The notes under the pieces were generated by a model that had not been told where the DNA came from, made no database searches, and saw nothing but the letters and a program-made list of their open reading frames with translations. A program made the position numbers and the translations under genes. Positions 56,056 to 64,000 of a DNA stretch of 64,000 bases are shown here, piece by piece. Origin of the DNA: an uncultured Chloroflexia bacterium (GTDB lineage: Bacteria > Chloroflexota > Limnocylindria > Limnocylindrales > CSP1-4); contig CAWEYL010000001.1 of NCBI GenBank assembly GCA_963813335.1, positions 686,529-750,528 of the forward strand, in the 5' to 3' direction. Positions within the stretch are counted from its first letter, which is position 1. Each line of letters begins with the position of its first letter.

Positions 56056-57771
56056 ATGGCTGGTGAATTCGACATCGTTGGCTCGAACGCGGCCGCGCGC
56101 TTCAGTCTGCGGGTGCACCGCGGCGAGGGGATGGCCCTGCTCGCCATGGACTGGCGGAACGGCCAGCCGCCGGCCGACTTCGTCGGGTTCTCGATCGAGT
56201 ATCGACCGCCCAGCAGCCTGTCCTTCTTCGCCCTGAGCAACCGGTTGGCCTTCACGACCGCACCGGCCAACGTCGGCCCGAACCCGAAGTCCACGCTGTT
56301 CGCCCCGATCCAGAAGTTCCGCTGGGTCCATTTCCCGTATGACCCCGAGCAGACGGGCGCGTATCGCTACCGGGTCCGCCCGGCATTCATGGACGCCGGG
56401 CGCACGATCACCTGGGGCGACGCCCAGGAGGTCGACATCGAGCTGCGTCGGGAGACCTACCCGGGGGTGCTGAACGTCGCCTTCGCCCGGGGCTTCGTCT
56501 CGTCGCAGGCGTTCGTCGACCGCTACGAGAGCGCCGGCAAGATCTCGACCCTGCTGCCGTCGACCGCGGCCAAGGGGCTGACGTTCCAGCCGACGCATCC
56601 GAAGACCGCCGACGCGCTCGCATGGATGGGGTTCGAGGCGCGGAGCGCGATCCTGCAGGTGCTCGACGAGGCGATCGCCGACGTCAGCGCCGAGGTGCGG
56701 GTCGTGGCGTACGACCTGAACGAGCCGGAGATCGTCGGCCGGCTCGAGCAGCTCGGCGCGCGGCTCAAGGTCATCATCGACGACGACGGCGACCACGGCG
56801 CCGCGGGGTCGGCCGAGGACCAGGCGGAGGCGAGGCTGAAGGTCAGCGCCGGATCGACCCACGTCAAGCGCCAGCACATGGGCAAGCTGCAGCACAACAA
56901 GACGATCGTGGTCCAGGGCGACAGCGTCCAGGCCGTCGTCTGCGGCTCGACGAACTTCTCCTGGCGCGGCCTGTACGTCCAGGCCAACAACGCGATCGTC
57001 CTGCGCGGCATCAAGCCGGCCAAGGTCTTCCGGACGGCGTTCGACGGCTACTGGGCGAAGGGCGTGCCCGCCACGTTCGGGGTGACCCTCTCGACGAGCT
57101 GGCGCGACCTGGGGCTGCCCGGCATCGACGCGAAGGTCTCGTTCTCCCCACACGCCTCGTCCAATGCCCGGCTCAAGGCGGTGTCGGACGACATCGGGCT
57201 CGCCTCGTCGAGCGTCCTCTACTCGCTGGCGTTCCTGTACATGACGACCAAGGGGCCCGTGTTCGACGCCATCAAGAAGGTCACGGACGACCCCGACATC
57301 TTCGTCTACGGCATGTCCGACAAGAAGGTCGGCGGCGGGATCGACATGCAGCTCCCCGACGGCAAGGTCGCGCCGCTGAGCCCCCAGGCGCTCACCGAGC
57401 ACGTCCCGCAGCCGTTCAAGCGCGAGCCGAGCGCGGCCGGCGGGGTGCGGATGCATCACAAGTTCGTGGTCATCGATTTCGACAAGCCGACCGCCCGGGT
57501 GTACACGGGCTCGTACAACTTCTCCGGCGCCGCGGATCTCGACAACGGCGAGAACCTGGTCCGCATCCGCGACCGGCGGATCGCCGTCGCGTACATGGTC
57601 GAGGCGCTGCGCCTGTTCGACCACTACCACTTCCGCGTGAAGCAGCTCGACGCGGCGACGGCGGCGACGACCCTTGAGCTCAAGGAGCCGCCGACCGCCG
57701 GGAACGCCGCGTGGTGGCTGGAGGACTACACGGACCCGGTCAAGATCCGCGACCGGAAGACGTTCGCGTGA
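56056..57771 (+). CDS. phospholipase D-family protein with two HKD motifs and an N-terminal beta-rich domain
   Basis: HKD-1 is LQHNKTIVVQG....CGSTNFS (the Asp position is Gln). HKD-2 is MHHKFVVIDF......TGSYNFSGAADLDNGENL. ATG 56056 follows GGAGGGG. Confidence 0.8.
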   Translation: MAGEFDIVGSNAAARFSLRVHRGEGMALLAMDWRNGQPPADFVGFSIEYRPPSSLSFFALSNRLAFTTAPANVGPNPKSTLFAPIQKFRWVHFPYDPEQTGAYRYRVRPAFMDAGRTITWGDAQEVDIELRRETYPGVLNVAFARGFVSSQAFVDRYESAGKISTLLPSTAAKGLTFQPTHPKTADALAWMGFEARSAILQVLDEAIADVSAEVRVVAYDLNEPEIVGRLEQLGARLKVIIDDDGDHGAAGSAEDQAEARLKVSAGSTHVKRQHMGKLQHNKTIVVQGDSVQAVVCGSTNFSWRGLYVQANNAIVLRGIKPAKVFRTAFDGYWAKGVPATFGVTLSTSWRDLGLPGIDAKVSFSPHASSNARLKAVSDDIGLASSSVLYSLAFLYMTTKGPVFDAIKKVTDDPDIFVYGMSDKKVGGGIDMQLPDGKVAPLSPQALTEHVPQPFKREPSAAGGVRMHHKFVVIDFDKPTARVYTGSYNFSGAADLDNGENLVRIRDRRIAVAYMVEALRLFDHYHFRVKQLDAATAATTLELKEPPTAGNAAWWLEDYTDPVKIRDRKTFA

Positions 57772-58609
57772 CGGCGTCGCTACCCTGCGGGCGCATGACG
57801 ATCACGGCTTCGAGGTACTCGCTCGACACGACCATCGTGCCGTCCTCCGCGCGGTTGAACTGGGCGATGAGGTCGACGATATCGGCCTCGAGGCCGGCGT
57901 AGCCCACCACGCCGACCGCCTCGAACGCCTTGAGCGTCGGTCCGTAGTAGCGGCGCCAGTAGTCGACGAACGCCGCGGGCGACCGATCGCGGAAGGTGAG
58001 CGTGCGCGTCTCGGCGCGCAGCTCGGCGATGCTGTCGCCGAACAGCTCCTGGAGCCGCTCCTCGGTGCCCCACTGGATCGGCGAGCGCAGGCCCGCCGGC
58101 GGCGGGACGTGCCGGCCGATGGTCTTGAAGAGCTGGCCGATGAACCCCGACGGCGTGTGGGCGACGAGGCCGATCCGGCCGCCGGGCCGGGTCACCCGCA
58201 CGAGTTCGTTCGCGGTCTGCTCCTGGTCGGGTGCGAACATCGCCCCGAAGACGGAGCTCACGACATCGACGCTCTGGTCGGCGACGGGGAGCGCCTCGGC
58301 GTCGCCCTCGAGGAACTCGATCTCGAGGCCCTCGGCGGCGGTCCGCCGCCGCGCCCGGTCGAGGAGGGACGGCACGTAGTCGACGCCGACGACGTCACAG
58401 CCACGCCGCGCGGCCGCGAGCGCGGCGTTGCCGCTCCCGGTCGCCACGTCGAGGACGCGCTCGGTCGAGCGGACGTCCAGCGTCTCGATCAACAGCTCCG
58501 CCACGATCAGGATCTGCGTCCCGACCATGTGGTAGTCGCCGCTGGACCACGTCGCCTGCTGGCGCTGCTTGATGGCGGCCAGGTCGGGCCGCGCTGTCAT
58601 GACGGTCAT
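57740..58609 (-). CDS. class I SAM-dependent methyltransferase (Methyltransf_11/UbiE-like)
   Basis: VLDVATGSGNAALAAARRGCDVVGVDYVPSLLDRA...DAEALPVADQSVDVVSSVFG. ATG 58609 lies 6 nt after AAGGAG. Confidence 0.8.
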   Translation of the reverse strand: MTVMTARPDLAAIKQRQQATWSSGDYHMVGTQILIVAELLIETLDVRSTERVLDVATGSGNAALAAARRGCDVVGVDYVPSLLDRARRRTAAEGLEIEFLEGDAEALPVADQSVDVVSSVFGAMFAPDQEQTANELVRVTRPGGRIGLVAHTPSGFIGQLFKTIGRHVPPPAGLRSPIQWGTEERLQELFGDSIAELRAETRTLTFRDRSPAAFVDYWRRYYGPTLKAFEAVGVVGYAGLEADIVDLIAQFNRAEDGTMVVSSEYLEAVIVMRPQGSDAVTRTSSGRGS

Positions 58610-58674
58610 GTGTCGCTCCTTGTTCGGAAGGGTCGGTGTGGATGTCGCTGTCGGGCATGCGCGGGCTCGGCGGC

Positions 58675-58767
58675 CTACCGCCGGAACCCGTCCCGCGTGT
58701 CGACCCCGAGGACGACGGCGAAGATGCCGAGGACCGCGAGGGCGACGAGGACTGCGAAGAGGACCAT
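58675..58767 (-). CDS. possible 30-aa hydrophobic peptide upstream of the methyltransferase
   Basis: MVLFAVLVALAVLGIFAVVLGVDTRDGFRR. The ATG is preceded by GAGGAG. Not in the ORF track because it is too short. No homology support. Confidence 0.3.
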   Translation of the reverse strand: MVLFAVLVALAVLGIFAVVLGVDTRDGFRR

Positions 58768-58932
58768 GAGAAGACTCCTCTGACCTGGGTCAGTGCTGGC
58801 TGGTATGCCCACAGCCTCGGGTCTTTAGGGGCAGTGGCACATCGGGAGGAGTGGCTATTTCTCCGGTCCGCACCCTTTAGGGCCGCCGTGGCGTGCCATC
58901 ATCGCGATGACCCGTGGACTGAAGGAGACGCC

Positions 58933-59301
58933 TTGGCCGGACCCGCGACCGTCGACGACTACCTGGCCGCACTCCCGCCCGAGCGGCGGGTCGGCGTCGA
59001 GGAGCTGCGCCGCGCGGTCAGGACCGCCGCTCCCGAGGCCACCGAGACCATCGCCTACCAGATGCCCGCGCTGCGCGGCCGCGGCGGGCAGTTCCTGGTG
59101 TCGTACGCCGCGTTCAAGCGGCACTACAGCCTCTTCCCGGCCAGCGGCGCGGTCATCGAGGCGCTGGGCGACGAGCTGACGCCCTACCTGGCGGGGAAGG
59201 GGACCATCCGGTTCCCGGCCTCGGAGCCGATCCCGACGGACCTCGTGACGCGGATCGTCAAGGTGCGGCTGACCGAGAACGCCGAGCACGCACCGCGGTG
59301 A
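58933..59301 (+). CDS. DUF1801 (YdhG-like) domain protein
   Basis: ATVDDYLAALPPERRVGVEELRRAVRTAAPEATETIAYQMPA......FLVSYAAFKRHYSLFP. TTG 58933 lies 5 nt after GAAGGAG. Confidence 0.7.
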   Translation: MAGPATVDDYLAALPPERRVGVEELRRAVRTAAPEATETIAYQMPALRGRGGQFLVSYAAFKRHYSLFPASGAVIEALGDELTPYLAGKGTIRFPASEPIPTDLVTRIVKVRLTENAEHAPR

Positions 59302-59690
59302 GCTCCGTCCTCCTCGTGATGTACCTCTTCGTCTGGGTGTGGACGATGGGGTTCCTGATCACGGCGATGTATCTCGGCGCCGGGATGGCATCGATCCGCC
59401 GGCAGCTCCCGATGCTCGCCCTGGTCGCGGTCGGGACGCTGGTCACGATCGCTGCGGTCGCGATCCTGCCCGGGATCGTCGGCGAAGGCGGCATCTTCCT
59501 GCTGCTCATCGCAGCGAACGTGATGTTCTTCGTCTGGAGCCGGTCCCGCCGGAGCAGGCCGGTCCCCGCGGATCCGGAACGCCTGGCGCGGGCGAGGCCG
59601 GCCCTGCGCGGACTCGCGATCGTCTACGTCATCGGCCTCGCGGCGGCCATGGTGATCGTGATCGTCGAGACGTCCAGGCCGGTCGGCTAG
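59298..59690 (+). CDS. small integral membrane protein
   Basis: Four hydrophobic segments. GTGA overlap with the upstream gene. Confidence 0.5.
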   Translation: MSSVLLVMYLFVWVWTMGFLITAMYLGAGMASIRRQLPMLALVAVGTLVTIAAVAILPGIVGEGGIFLLLIAANVMFFVWSRSRRSRPVPADPERLARARPALRGLAIVYVIGLAAAMVIVIVETSRPVG

Positions 59691-60301
59691 CCCACCCGCA
59701 GGCCGAGCGCCTCGGCGATCGCCACCGCCTGCTCGATATCGATCTTCGCGCCGACGATGTCCACGTTGAGCGGGTCGAGCGAGGAGAGGTCGCTGCCGCG
59801 CAGGTCCGAGCCGTGGAACGACGCCCGATGCAGCCGGGCGCCCGACAGGTCCACGTCGCGGACGGTCGCGCCATCGAACCGCGCTCCGGACAGGTCCGCC
59901 TCGCGCATCCGGACCGTGCGGAAGGTCGCCTCGGCCAGGTCGGCCCCCGGCAGGCCGACGAGGGACCAGTCACCGCCCTCGACAGCCATCAGCTTGTGGT
60001 CGCAGCGGTCGAACTGGCTGCCGACGAGCTTGCAGGTCGTGAACGCGACATCGAAGAACGAGCAGTGGACGAACGTGCAGTTGGTGAAGGCCGTGTCGAT
60101 CAGCTTCGACGCGTTGAAGCGGACCTCGCGGAACGTGCAGTCGGCGAAGAGGGCGCCGCGCACGACCACGTCCGACAGGTCGACCCCGTCGAACAGGACG
60201 GCGTCGTGGTGCGAGCCCGACAGCGGCGCCTCGCCCCATGCCGCCGCATCGAACGTCGAGGTCGTCGGCGGGCGCGGGTCGCCAGTCGAGTGATCGGCCA
60301 T
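59687..60301 (-). CDS. pentapeptide repeat protein (MfpA/Qnr-like size and repeat pattern)
   Basis: About 204 aa of A(D/N)LXX-type repeats (DLSDVVVRGALFADCTFREVRFNASKLIDTAFTNCTFVHCSFFDVAFTTCKLVGSQF...ADLSGARFDGATVRDVDLSGARLHRASFHGSDLRGSDL). The ATG at 60301 sits inside the longer ORF. Confidence 0.8.
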   Translation of the reverse strand: MADHSTGDPRPPTTSTFDAAAWGEAPLSGSHHDAVLFDGVDLSDVVVRGALFADCTFREVRFNASKLIDTAFTNCTFVHCSFFDVAFTTCKLVGSQFDRCDHKLMAVEGGDWSLVGLPGADLAEATFRTVRMREADLSGARFDGATVRDVDLSGARLHRASFHGSDLRGSDLSSLDPLNVDIVGAKIDIEQAVAIAEALGLRVG

Positions 60302-60431
60302 CTGCCAATCAAACCATGCGGCGGTGCCAGTCGTAGGCACCGACGAGGGATTCGTGCCATCGTCTCCCTGACGACCCGCGGCGTGCCCAGTCCGCCGGCC
60401 TATCACCGCGACCCCGCGAAGGAGCTCCCCC

Positions 60432-60860
60432 TTGACGGACACTGCCGCACCGACCTTCGAAGACCGCGTCATCGCCGACATGCGCGCCCACGATGGGAAC
60501 GTCACCAGCGGACCGCTGGCCGGACATCCGCTGCTGATCATGACGGCCGTCGGCGCGGTGTCCGGGCTCCCTCGTCGCTCGCTCCTCACATGGTCCCGCG
60601 ACGGCGACGACTACATGGTGGCGGGCACGAATGGCGGGTCGCGGACGGATCCCGCGTGGGCCCGCAACATCGTCGCCAACCCCGACGTGACGATCGAGGT
60701 CGGCAACCGCGAGTTCGCGGCGGCCGCGGCCATCGTCGACGAGACCGATCGCCCCCGCCTCTGGGACGCGCACGTGGCCGCCCTGCCGTGGTTCGCCGAC
60801 TATCCCGCCAAGTCCGGCCGCGCTATCCCGATGGCGCGCATCTCGCTGAAGGCCCGCTGA
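60432..60860 (+). CDS. deazaflavin(F420)-dependent nitroreductase family protein (DUF385/Ddn-like)
   Basis: N..VI.....GN.....GHPLLI.T.VGA.SG..R...L....DGDDY.V.G.NGGS...P.W..N..ANPDVTIEVG...F...A......DR.RLW. TTG follows AAGGAG. Confidence 0.75.
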   Translation: MTDTAAPTFEDRVIADMRAHDGNVTSGPLAGHPLLIMTAVGAVSGLPRRSLLTWSRDGDDYMVAGTNGGSRTDPAWARNIVANPDVTIEVGNREFAAAAAIVDETDRPRLWDAHVAALPWFADYPAKSGRAIPMARISLKAR

Positions 60861-60891
60861 CCGCCCGCCGCGGTCCTGTCACGCTGCGACG

Positions 60892-61599
60892 ATGCGAACG
60901 GAACGCGTCTTCGGGATCGTCGGTGGGACCGGTCCGGAATCGACCATCGACTACTACCGGTCGCTCGGCTCGACCTGGCGGCGGCGCCGCCCCGACGGCA
61001 CGCACCCGCGGGTGATCATCGACAGCGTCGATGGCGGCACGGTGATCCGCCTCCTCGGCGAGGGCGAGTACGCCACGGTCGGCCGCGCGTTCGGCGCTGC
61101 CGTCGCGGAGCTGGCGGCCGCCGGCTGCGGTGCGGCGCTGATCGCCTCGAACCTCGGTCACATGGCGTTCGAGCACCTCGATCCGCCCCCGGCCATCCCG
61201 CTGATCCACATCGTGGACGCGGCGCTCGCGGCCGCAGTCGCCGGCGGCTATCGGCGGGTCGGCATCATCGGTACGCGGTTCGTGGTCGAGTCGCGGCTCT
61301 ACCCGGACCGCTTCGACCCTGCCGGCATCCGGATCGTCCAGCCGACGGCCGCCGAGGAGGACGTCGTCCACGGCATCTACTACGGCGAGCTGCTCGATGG
61401 CGTGATCCGCGACGAGAGCCGTGAGCGGATCGTGGCCGTCATCGCGGCGATGCGCGACCGCGACCGCATCGACGCCCTGCTCCTCGGCGGCACGGAGCTC
61501 GCGCTGATCCTGACCGAGCCGTCCTATGCCGGCGTCCCGGTCCTGAATACCGCCCAGATCCAGGTCGACGCGGCCGTCGACTGGCTGCTCGGGGAGTAG
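60892..61599 (+). CDS. aspartate/glutamate racemase family protein
   Basis: GIVGGTGPESTIDYYR......, IASN..H and LLGGTELALIL motifs. Confidence 0.75.
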   Translation: MRTERVFGIVGGTGPESTIDYYRSLGSTWRRRRPDGTHPRVIIDSVDGGTVIRLLGEGEYATVGRAFGAAVAELAAAGCGAALIASNLGHMAFEHLDPPPAIPLIHIVDAALAAAVAGGYRRVGIIGTRFVVESRLYPDRFDPAGIRIVQPTAAEEDVVHGIYYGELLDGVIRDESRERIVAVIAAMRDRDRIDALLLGGTELALILTEPSYAGVPVLNTAQIQVDAAVDWLLGE

Positions 61600-61633
61600 C
61601 GCGGGACCGGCGCCGAACCCCTACTCTCGACGC

Positions 61634-62572
61634 ATGACTGACGAACCCCTCGACTCCCCCCTCTACCGGTTCACCGACAGCGCGCTCGCCCGGCCGCTGC
61701 ATCCGGCGCTCGCGGGCGCCCGGGCCGATGTCGTCGCCGCCGCGCGCGACCTGCTGGCCATCCCCGAAGCCGCCCTGACCCGCCCATGGGCCTGGATCGG
61801 CGGCAGCGAGGAGGAGGTCCGCTACGGCGCCTACCGCGCCGCCGAGGCGCTCGAGCTGGCCGAGATCGAGGCACGCTCAGCCGCGTCCGCCGTCGATCCG
61901 GACGAACGGCGGGCGGCCAGGCTCATCGGTCCGACCACGGCGGCGCGCTGGGACCTCCACGGCCTGCTCCTGCCCCTCGACGACACGCTGCTCGACGCCG
62001 ATCCCGGGGGAGGGGAGTGGTCGATCCGTCTCACCATGGGTCACATCATCGGCGGCCAGCGCGGGTACGGCGGCGGATCGGCCTGGTGGCTCGCCCAGGG
62101 GTTCGCGGCCGGCGACCCGGCGATGCCGGGTGGCGCTCCCGACTCGCTGTGGGCCGACCAGCCCGACGAAGCAACGACCGAGGCCGCGGGCACGGTCGAC
62201 GAGCTCCTCGCTCGGCTCGACGGCATCACGGACCTCACCACGGAGCGGCTGGCCGGCATGACGGACGAGCAGGCCGCGCTGGGCGCCACCTGGGCCGGCT
62301 TCCGGGTCACGCTGGCCTTCCGGTTCGGGCGCTGGTCGTCGCACATCCGCGAGCACGCCATCCAGATCGAGAAGACCTTCGCGATGGTCGGGCACACGCC
62401 CGACGAGCGGGCGCGGCTGGTGCGCAACCTGCTCGCGGCCTACGGACGCGCCGAGTCCGTCGTCTTCGGCCGGGTCGGCGTCGATGCCGCCGTCGAGCGC
62501 ATCGTCGCGGGCGCCGCCGAGGCCAGGGCGGCCGTCGCATCGGCGAGGGCCGCGGCGGGCGGCACCGGCTGA
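61634..62572 (+). CDS. DinB-family / mycothiol maleylpyruvate isomerase N-terminal-like protein
   Basis: Helical protein with spaced His residues (LTMGHIIGGQRGY ... SSHIREHAIQIEKT), as in the DinB fold. Assignment is tentative. Confidence 0.45.
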   Translation: MTDEPLDSPLYRFTDSALARPLHPALAGARADVVAAARDLLAIPEAALTRPWAWIGGSEEEVRYGAYRAAEALELAEIEARSAASAVDPDERRAARLIGPTTAARWDLHGLLLPLDDTLLDADPGGGEWSIRLTMGHIIGGQRGYGGGSAWWLAQGFAAGDPAMPGGAPDSLWADQPDEATTEAAGTVDELLARLDGITDLTTERLAGMTDEQAALGATWAGFRVTLAFRFGRWSSHIREHAIQIEKTFAMVGHTPDERARLVRNLLAAYGRAESVVFGRVGVDAAVERIVAGAAEARAAVASARAAAGGTG

Positions 62573-63552
62573 CGCCTGGACGCCGATGGCGCAAGGTCCT
62601 GCTGATCGACCCGGCGCTCGCCACGTTCCGCGAGCGGTTCGGCGCCCGCCTCCCGGACGGGGTCGAGGTCGTCGCGGTCTCGAGCTTCGATGCCGACGAG
62701 TTCGCCCGGCTCGCCCTGGACGCCGAGATCTTCGTGAACGCCCGCCGCCCGGTCGATGCGGCGCTCCTGGCCATGGCGCCGGACGTCCGCTTCATCCAGC
62801 AGATCGGGGTGGGGACGGACCCGATCGACCTGGCGGCCGTCGAGTCGCGTGGCCTCCTCGTGGCGTATAACCCGGGCGTCAACAAGACCGGGGCCGCCGA
62901 GCACGTGGTGATGCTCATGCTGGCCTTGCTCAAGCGACTGCCGGACACGGAGCGTGCGACACGCGCCGGACGCTTCGAGCCGTCCGAGGTCATCGCGGCC
63001 GGGATCGACGACATGGCGGACGCGACCGTCGGGCTCATCGGGCTCGGGCAGATCGGGCAGTCCGTCGCCGAACGCCTGGTCCCGTTCGGGCCGCGGATCG
63101 TCTACTCCGCGCGTCACGCGGTGCCGGAGGCCGAGGAAGGCCTCGGCGTCGAGCGGCTGGCCATCCCCGAGCTCCTGGCGGCATCGACGATCGTCAGCCT
63201 GCATTTGCCGCTGTCGTCCGAGACGCGCAACCTGATCGGCGCGCCCGAGCTCGCGCGGATGCCGCGCGGCAGCTACCTCGTCAACACCGGCCGCGGCGGC
63301 CTGGTCGACGAGGGTGCGCTCCGCGAGGCGATCGAGACCGGCCACCTGGCCGGCGCCGCGCTGGACGTCATCGAGCGCGAGAACGAGGGCGTGAACCCGT
63401 TCGCGGACCTGCCGAACGTGCTCGTGACGCCGCACATCGGCGGCGGCAGCCGGAACAGCATGTCGAACGTCGTCGAGCGCTGTACGGCGAACATCCGCCG
63501 CTACCTCGCCGGGGAGCCCGTCCTCGACGCCGTCGTCACTTCGGCGGGGTGA
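62569..63552 (+). CDS. D-isomer specific 2-hydroxyacid dehydrogenase family protein (start unresolved)
   Basis: KVLLIDP..., the NAD motif VGLIGLGQIGQSVAERL, LVNTGRGGLVDE and the catalytic ...TPHIGGGS. The only in-frame candidate start near the N-terminus is CTG 62569 (CTGA overlap with the upstream stop). ATG 62586 is one frame off. Confidence 0.82.
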   Translation: MTPGRRWRKVLLIDPALATFRERFGARLPDGVEVVAVSSFDADEFARLALDAEIFVNARRPVDAALLAMAPDVRFIQQIGVGTDPIDLAAVESRGLLVAYNPGVNKTGAAEHVVMLMLALLKRLPDTERATRAGRFEPSEVIAAGIDDMADATVGLIGLGQIGQSVAERLVPFGPRIVYSARHAVPEAEEGLGVERLAIPELLAASTIVSLHLPLSSETRNLIGAPELARMPRGSYLVNTGRGGLVDEGALREAIETGHLAGAALDVIERENEGVNPFADLPNVLVTPHIGGGSRNSMSNVVERCTANIRRYLAGEPVLDAVVTSAG

Positions 63553-64000
63553 CGGCGACGCCCTTGACCGTGACGTCGAAGACCGTCTTCGACACGCCGA
63601 CCGGGACGGTCTTCTTGATCTTGAGCGTGCCGCCATCGCCGTCGATGGTCATCACCCCCAGCAGATCGATGAAGTCTCCTGTGAACCCGTTCGGGCCTGA
63701 CTGGGCGACCTGCTCCAGGGGGATGCCATAACAGTCGCCAGAGGTCGTGAACTTGCTGCCAGGCGCGAGCGTGATGAGCCATTTCGGCGGGGTCGCCGGG
63801 TCTTCGGCCGCTCCGCGCGTGGCCCGCAGCATCACCGTCCCCTTCTCCTTGAATGCGGCTGGGCACGGGATGTCCCCGAGCAGCTGGATCGACGTCGTCG
63901 CCGGCGCCGAACCCAGGTATGACCCGTCGGGCTGCCTCGCGAGCCGGAGCTTGGTGACCTTGACCGTCGTCCGATAGGAGGCACCGAGCGCGCTCGTCGT
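63536..64000 (-). CDS. hypothetical protein (5' end beyond window)
   Basis: The minus-strand frame is open from 64000 to the stop at 63536 (...YRTTVKVTKLRLARQPDGSYLGSAPATTSIQLLGDIPCPAAFKEKGTVMLRATRG...TVKGVAVTPPK). Beta-rich, with no recognisable motif. Confidence 0.45.
   Translation of the reverse strand, partial: TTSALGASYRTTVKVTKLRLARQPDGSYLGSAPATTSIQLLGDIPCPAAFKEKGTVMLRATRGAAEDPATPPKWLITLAPGSKFTTSGDCYGIPLEQVAQSGPNGFTGDFIDLLGVMTIDGDGGTLKIKKTVPVGVSKTVFDVTVKGVAVTPPK

Noticed and set aside
56056-58609. The PLD-family gene plus the adjacent methyltransferase as a restriction-modification or defence pair.
   Set aside because: The methyltransferase has small-molecule (Methyltransf_11/UbiE-like) motifs and lacks DNA methyltransferase motifs such as DPPY or a PC-type catalytic loop. 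The two genes are convergent, and no other defence-type genes are adjacent.

Overview
This is a very GC-rich chromosomal segment with dense, mostly plus-strand coding. Synteny and gene content point to a high-GC Gram-positive lineage, most likely Actinomycetota: pyrH-frr-uppS-cdsA-dxr-rseP-ispG, nusA-ylxR-infB-rbfA-nrnA-truB-ribF, rpsO-pnp, asd, udg, rnj, ftsK, cinA, plus Eis-like, AAC(2')-like and MfpA-like genes. The first ~38 kb is core housekeeping (translation, isoprenoid and envelope precursors, RNA turnover, cell division). The last ~26 kb is a patchwork of small accessory metabolic, resistance-like and signalling genes.

I found no tRNA, rRNA, CRISPR array, transposase or integrase.

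The most unusual feature is the pnp gene. Its two RNase PH cores, KH and S1 domains are intact, but the alpha-helical linker domain is interrupted by a complete DEDDh (DnaQ/RNase T-like) 3'-5' exonuclease domain with all catalytic motifs.

Other notable observations:
- A sigma70-like promoter plus a terminator-like hairpin in an AT-rich nusA leader, with no rimP at the locus.
- A Lys-rich triple repeat tail on NusA.
- A family-4 UDG whose real C-terminus, reached only after a +1 frame change, ends in a beta-clamp-type QLTLF motif.
- An ~82-bp direct repeat duplicating a convergent gene junction around a lower-GC ~270-bp insert.
- A perfect palindromic operator over a leaderless-type promoter.
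- Several conserved genes whose reading frame or start codon is broken at G/C runs: infB, udg, rnj, a TPP enzyme, ylxR and a 2-hydroxyacid dehydrogenase. This most likely reflects consensus indel errors, but it needs read-level checking.

All calls come from reading the translations and sequence by eye. Start codons are often uncertain, and the many long antisense or off-frame ORFs are high-GC artefacts.
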